Shown here in pieces: positions 59,511 to 64,000 of a DNA stretch of 64,000 bases. The notes beneath the pieces were generated by a model. That model saw nothing but the letters and a program-made list of their open reading frames with translations. It did no database searches and was not told the origin of the DNA. Source of the stretch: Amoebophrya sp. A120 (taxonomy: Eukaryota > Protista > Dinoflagellata); assembly GCA_905178155.1 (NCBI GenBank), contig CAJINV010000004.1, positions 6,702,933 to 6,766,932 on the forward strand. The letters run 5' to 3'. The position numbers were made by a program, and so were the translations under genes. The stretch's first letter is position 1; each line of letters begins with the position of its first letter.

Positions 59511-61158
59511 TACGCTATGCGATTGCGAACTATGGTTCCAGGAGGGAGGCCGTATTAAATTTTGTTTGCATGGTGGCGCTCATCCTTCTCCCCGAGAGAT
59601 TGAGCGAAGTAGTGGCGCTCGCACAGTCCTATCATGATCATGTATGTTTGCGCCATTCTGCTCTAGTAGTAGCTCGCCACCCGAAATACTAAAGGCCGGC
59701 GCCGGAGTCGGAGTGGCAGGTTTTCGCTTTCTCATGCTATTTCTTATTTTTTTTCTTTACAGTTTTGTACATCATTCCCATAATTAAGCGTAACACACTG
59801 ACGTAGTACGCTTGCTTTCTTGTCGTCATCTTTTTTACTTACAGAACACATTCTTGACATACATTCAGTATGAGTATCGTTTTTTAAAGAACTACGGCTC
59901 GGCTCCTGCGGCTATGTCGAAGGACATTTCTGATTTTAATTTGCGCATAAACGTTTCCCTCGCTCTCATCTGTTGCGACGCAATTTTTGAGGCTCAACAT
60001 CGACCCATTGAGTACTTCCAGTCTATGAATTTTTCAATTTTGTCATGATCTTGTCGTTTCATCCCTTAAATACTCTCGCTGCAGAACGATTCTGTGCTCG
60101 GTAGGATTATCCTTATTGGTAGAAGCGCTCTGCACCCCGAGTGTTATGAATGTGGCACCGGATTAGTATGTGGGAGTGGTATGGTGCCAGCTGCTGGACC
60201 AGCAAGTAGGGCATGGGATTGGTACAAAAAAACTTTTCCTTTTGGTGTGACGCAGCTTATTTTCCAAGAACAAGTGGGCCACCAGTACTTCTCCTATCGG
60301 ACGGCTGCACGTTTGAAAAAGTCTCTGCGCAAGGACAACCGCACAGCTCGGTGAAGGTGCGCTTTCTAAATGTGTTTGTGCGAAGTTTCCGCTGCCCTGC
60401 ACAAGAAATACGTTTACCAGAAGGTGCTGCATGTGACCGCTCCGCGGTATTGTCAATAAAAGGCGGATGAAATAAAAAGTAGATCTGTCTAGTTGATTTG
60501 TCGGCCTGTCACTTTTTCTGGTGAGTATGATTCTCAGCGGCCACCTTTTCACAGTCGGTCTTTCATGTTGAAAGAGCCCACAGCTTCAGTGGAAACTACA
60601 AAAGTGATATCGGTTTGTTTTTGTCAGCTTGATGTGATCCGGAGATTTTTACTCCTCGAAAGAATTCATTCTTCATCTGTGTGGTCTTCCTCCATCGGTT
60701 AGTACTCAGATGACGGAAGCGGCTTCTACTTCGGTTTGATGCAGGTGCCGCCGAGCGGATTGAAGATGTGAGTCTGTGCTATGTGAAAAGACACGGAACC
60801 TCTGTGCAGGATGAAATCAATTCGGATTTTTGCACGCATTAGCTTAGCTAGCCCTAGGTCGCGGGCTCACTGAGCATTCTTTTTTTTCCTCCAAAACCAA
60901 ACAGACGCGACTGGCTGTGAAGATTTGGTGCCTATTATATGATTCTTGTTTCGATTCACGCACACGTACTCATACACGCAGTAAATCATTGAGGTTTGCA
61001 TTTACACGTGTTTTAAAACATCATTTTGACTCAATTTTCTGTTTGATAGTTGTCCTGAAAAGACAAGCTCAATCTGGCTACACGGTATCTTTATACACGT
61101 TATTTTTATTTACATCGACCTGTGAGGAAGAGGACCTTCGAGCAAGAACTTCACCAGG

Positions 61159-64000
61159 ATGAGAACTAGTTCGGTTATTCCAGTAGCATGCCTATATTCC
61201 CAGGGCCCGCTCCTCGTCCCGGTGGGGATCTTGTCGTTTTCACAGGAGGTCGGGGGAGTGACTGGGCTCCTGACGCGGCCAGTGACGATAAGTACCACGA
61301 GCGAGGAGGAAGCGGACGGCCCGGATGAATCTTCGAAGTTTCTGGAAAAACGGCGTCTTCAGAAGAAACTGAGTCGGAGTTTGCCTACTTTGCCACCAAT
61401 TCAGATCTTCCCGCAGGGTAAAGATGAATCGATCAAGCTCGAAGTCGAAACAAACGGATTAGACTCGTCGAGGAGCGGGAGCCCCGTGCTGCTGGGGCAC
61501 CACCTGTCCAGCCCCGCTGCCGGGCAGGGTGCCGGTAAAGTCGGGGACCCGGCTCCTGGTTTTACCACACCAACCGGCCCCAGTGCGAAGTCGAAGTCTT
61601 TGTTGAGTCCAGCACCGGGGCACCAGCCCGCATCGGCGAAAAGTTCGCCGTCGCCCGGCGGCAAAGGGAGCCGCTTTCAGCTTTCCGAAGGCGACGTCGA
61701 GGGCATCATGCGCGGGGTCAAGAGCCCTGAAATCCGAGATGCCTACGCCGACGCATTGGGTGAGGGTGAGGGCAAGGATGACCCACCGCCTTCTGTGTAT
61801 AATTAATTGATTCTTTCTTGCGCGCATAATAATAATTGGAAAGTTTTTTTAAAACAGACTGTTCTTGGGGCGATTTTTGACCAATTCTAAGTTACTTATA
61901 TCAGGGGAATTTTCAACAGCAAGAAAATCATGAATACGACAGTTCTCCCGCGAAGTGGGACCGGAAGACGATGCAAGACCTGGGCACGGTGAAGTTCGGG
62001 AAAGATTTGCAAAAAAGCCTAGACGGAGAGGCAATCCAGAACGGTTTGACGGACACGCACTGGGCCAAAATTGTAGATGAAGATCTTTCTCGGGATTTTT
62101 TTGACACCGTGGAAGAAGCCATTTACGGTGAGTGGTTTAAAGAAAATTTCGGAACCGAGGGCCCGACCATGCAGCAAACTTTCTTCCTGAAATACCTGCC
62201 GCTTCACTATCCGATGGCGCAAATATTCAAGGACAACTTTGTGCCTCAATTTATTGCATTCTTCGGGCCCCCGGCTTGGGAAGCGTTAAAGAGAGCCAAG
62301 CGACAGGACGTCAAGGCTTTTGAATACGGCATGACGCCAAACGCGAACAGTCTCCTCGGTGCGCCGGCACATACGGAACCGCCACACGCGTCGAACATTT
62401 ACATGACCATCAACGCGCAAAGGGCCGCACTGGATTTCTACAAAAGCGTTTACACGACTGTAAACACGGGATACGAAGAACACCTGTCAGGAACCGAAGG
62501 TGCAGCTTCCCGTTACGTGCAATTTGTGCGGTGCGGCTCCTATCCGGACTACAAGACGCCGGTGTGGACAAAAGACTCCGACGGGAACCAGCCGTGGAAC
62601 CGACAGGTCATCGAGTCAAAATCGGCTGTATGAGATGGGAAAACCCAGGAGCCGTGGTGACCGGCAGGGCCGCGACGACGTGCGTCGTGAATCGATAAAA
62701 AAAGACATCAATGCGGTCATGTTGTTCATACAACTACTCTCGCATGCATGCTCTTGTAGATGGATGTCCTTGCCCTATTCAGAGTAGAACTCAAAAAATA
62801 GCTGTAAAACAAGAACTATCAGGAACAAGAACAAGAACAAGAACATGAACTCCTTTTTGTGTACGGTGATGATGATGATGCACAACAAACAGACATTATA
62901 GCGTTAGGACCACCTGCCCCAGGTTTCCCTTGCACAGTTCGACCTAGTGCACCAGCAGGACCTCATGGATGGACTGGTCGCAGTGGTTGCCGCTCGCCTT
63001 ACCGTACTGAAAACCCGCTCCACCAGCACAGCACCTCAGCGGTAAGTACCCGAAGGAAGTGAGTTTGCAGAGTGCGGCTGCTTGTGTTGGCCAGTTTGTA
63101 CATGAAAAGTGTCAACACAAAAAGACAGACGCCGAAGGGATTTGGCGTTAGGTCTCCTGTGTAGAGTCTCCAGTCGGAACCAATCCCACCCCTGCTGCGC
63201 CGCGTCTTTCAGTACTCATTATGAAGTAGAAGACATAAACGTATAGTACGCACATCATCGTATTTCCAGAAGCGCAACTTACTACTAGCTTCCTTCGAGT
63301 ACAAGTACTAGACCGGTGGTGTATTTTTGATTTCCATACTTGTCAAAGTCTCCTTCGCTTATTTCATCGAGAACTACGGCCGCGCGGACTTACGCGTGAC
63401 GGGGAAAAACCGAGTCGGCTATAACATGATGTCCCACAAGTGGCGGGCGGCGGAGGAGAGCAACATCCTCCTGCAAGAGCAGCTACAACAGGACGCACAG
63501 AACTGGAAATACGACAACACCTTTGTCTGTTTGTACTGCAACGACCAGTCGGGCATGTTTTTCGATTTGATGGACCGTTGCGGACTGCAGCCGGCGGCTC
63601 TGCAGCTTGAGTACAAGTCCCAGCCCGCCGACCTATTCTGGATGTTCGACACTTTGAGCCACTTAGCCACGAACTACTACGTCGCGGGCTACTACGATTT
63701 CCAAACACCGTTGTACCAGCAGCAGGATCATGGGAAGAACGTTCTGAAAATGGAAAGCGTGTTTGTGAACGCCTTGTCCAGCCTATCATGGTGCAGAATT
63801 GTTCAAGACCCCTTGGTTCCTCAGTTATTTCGCATGTGCAGCCACGAATCCAACCTCTCTAGCTGCTGCTGCCTCTCTCTCAGACTCATAAGCAGTGGGG
63901 CGGAGAGAAAAAAAAATAAAAGTGAAACAGAATCGATGCAGCAGCGTCTTTGCGGAATTTGGTATATTTGCTATTGTTCGTTGTAGAAGTTTCCACCATT
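61159..64000 (+). CDS. Multi-exon hypothetical protein (may continue past the window; later exon limits uncertain)
   Basis: ORF 61159-61794 joins 61905-62627 in phase via GT-AG intron 61795-61904; further coding-like ORF ~63350-63790. Confidence 0.5.

Noticed and set aside
59812-60702. Short ORFs between MFS paralog B and the last gene
   Set aside because: No recognisable motifs and intergenic-like composition

Overview
Eukaryotic, gene-dense genomic DNA. All recognisable genes lie on the + strand, and the style strongly resembles the parasitic dinoflagellate Amoebophrya (Syndiniales); this assignment is an inference. Genes: low-complexity and secreted hypotheticals, two GT32-like glycosyltransferase paralogs (one fused to a LicD-like domain), an androglobin/calpain-like gene, the DEAD-box helicase DBP3, a Cys-rich secreted repeat protein and two SLC45/SUC-like MFS transporter paralogs. 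The dominant feature is 48 short (136-327 bp) non-canonical 'introner' elements from at least 8 families with unrelated TIRs. Each begins TAT, nearly always ends ATA, has terminal inverted repeats and a 5-bp target-site duplication (TSD), sits in coding sequence, and restores the reading frame when it and one TSD copy are removed. All families share an internal GCATNACA(A)/(T)TGTNATGC motif. They occur in both orientations and almost never offer GT-AG ends. Mismatches between the two TSD copies are mostly synonymous. Larger non-autonomous elements are also present: a 1.86-kb foldback with a 5-bp TSD, a 2-kb MULE-like element with a 10-bp TSD, and two copies of a ~730-bp Helentron-like element. 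No transposase gene was recognised. All coordinates and counts were read by eye.
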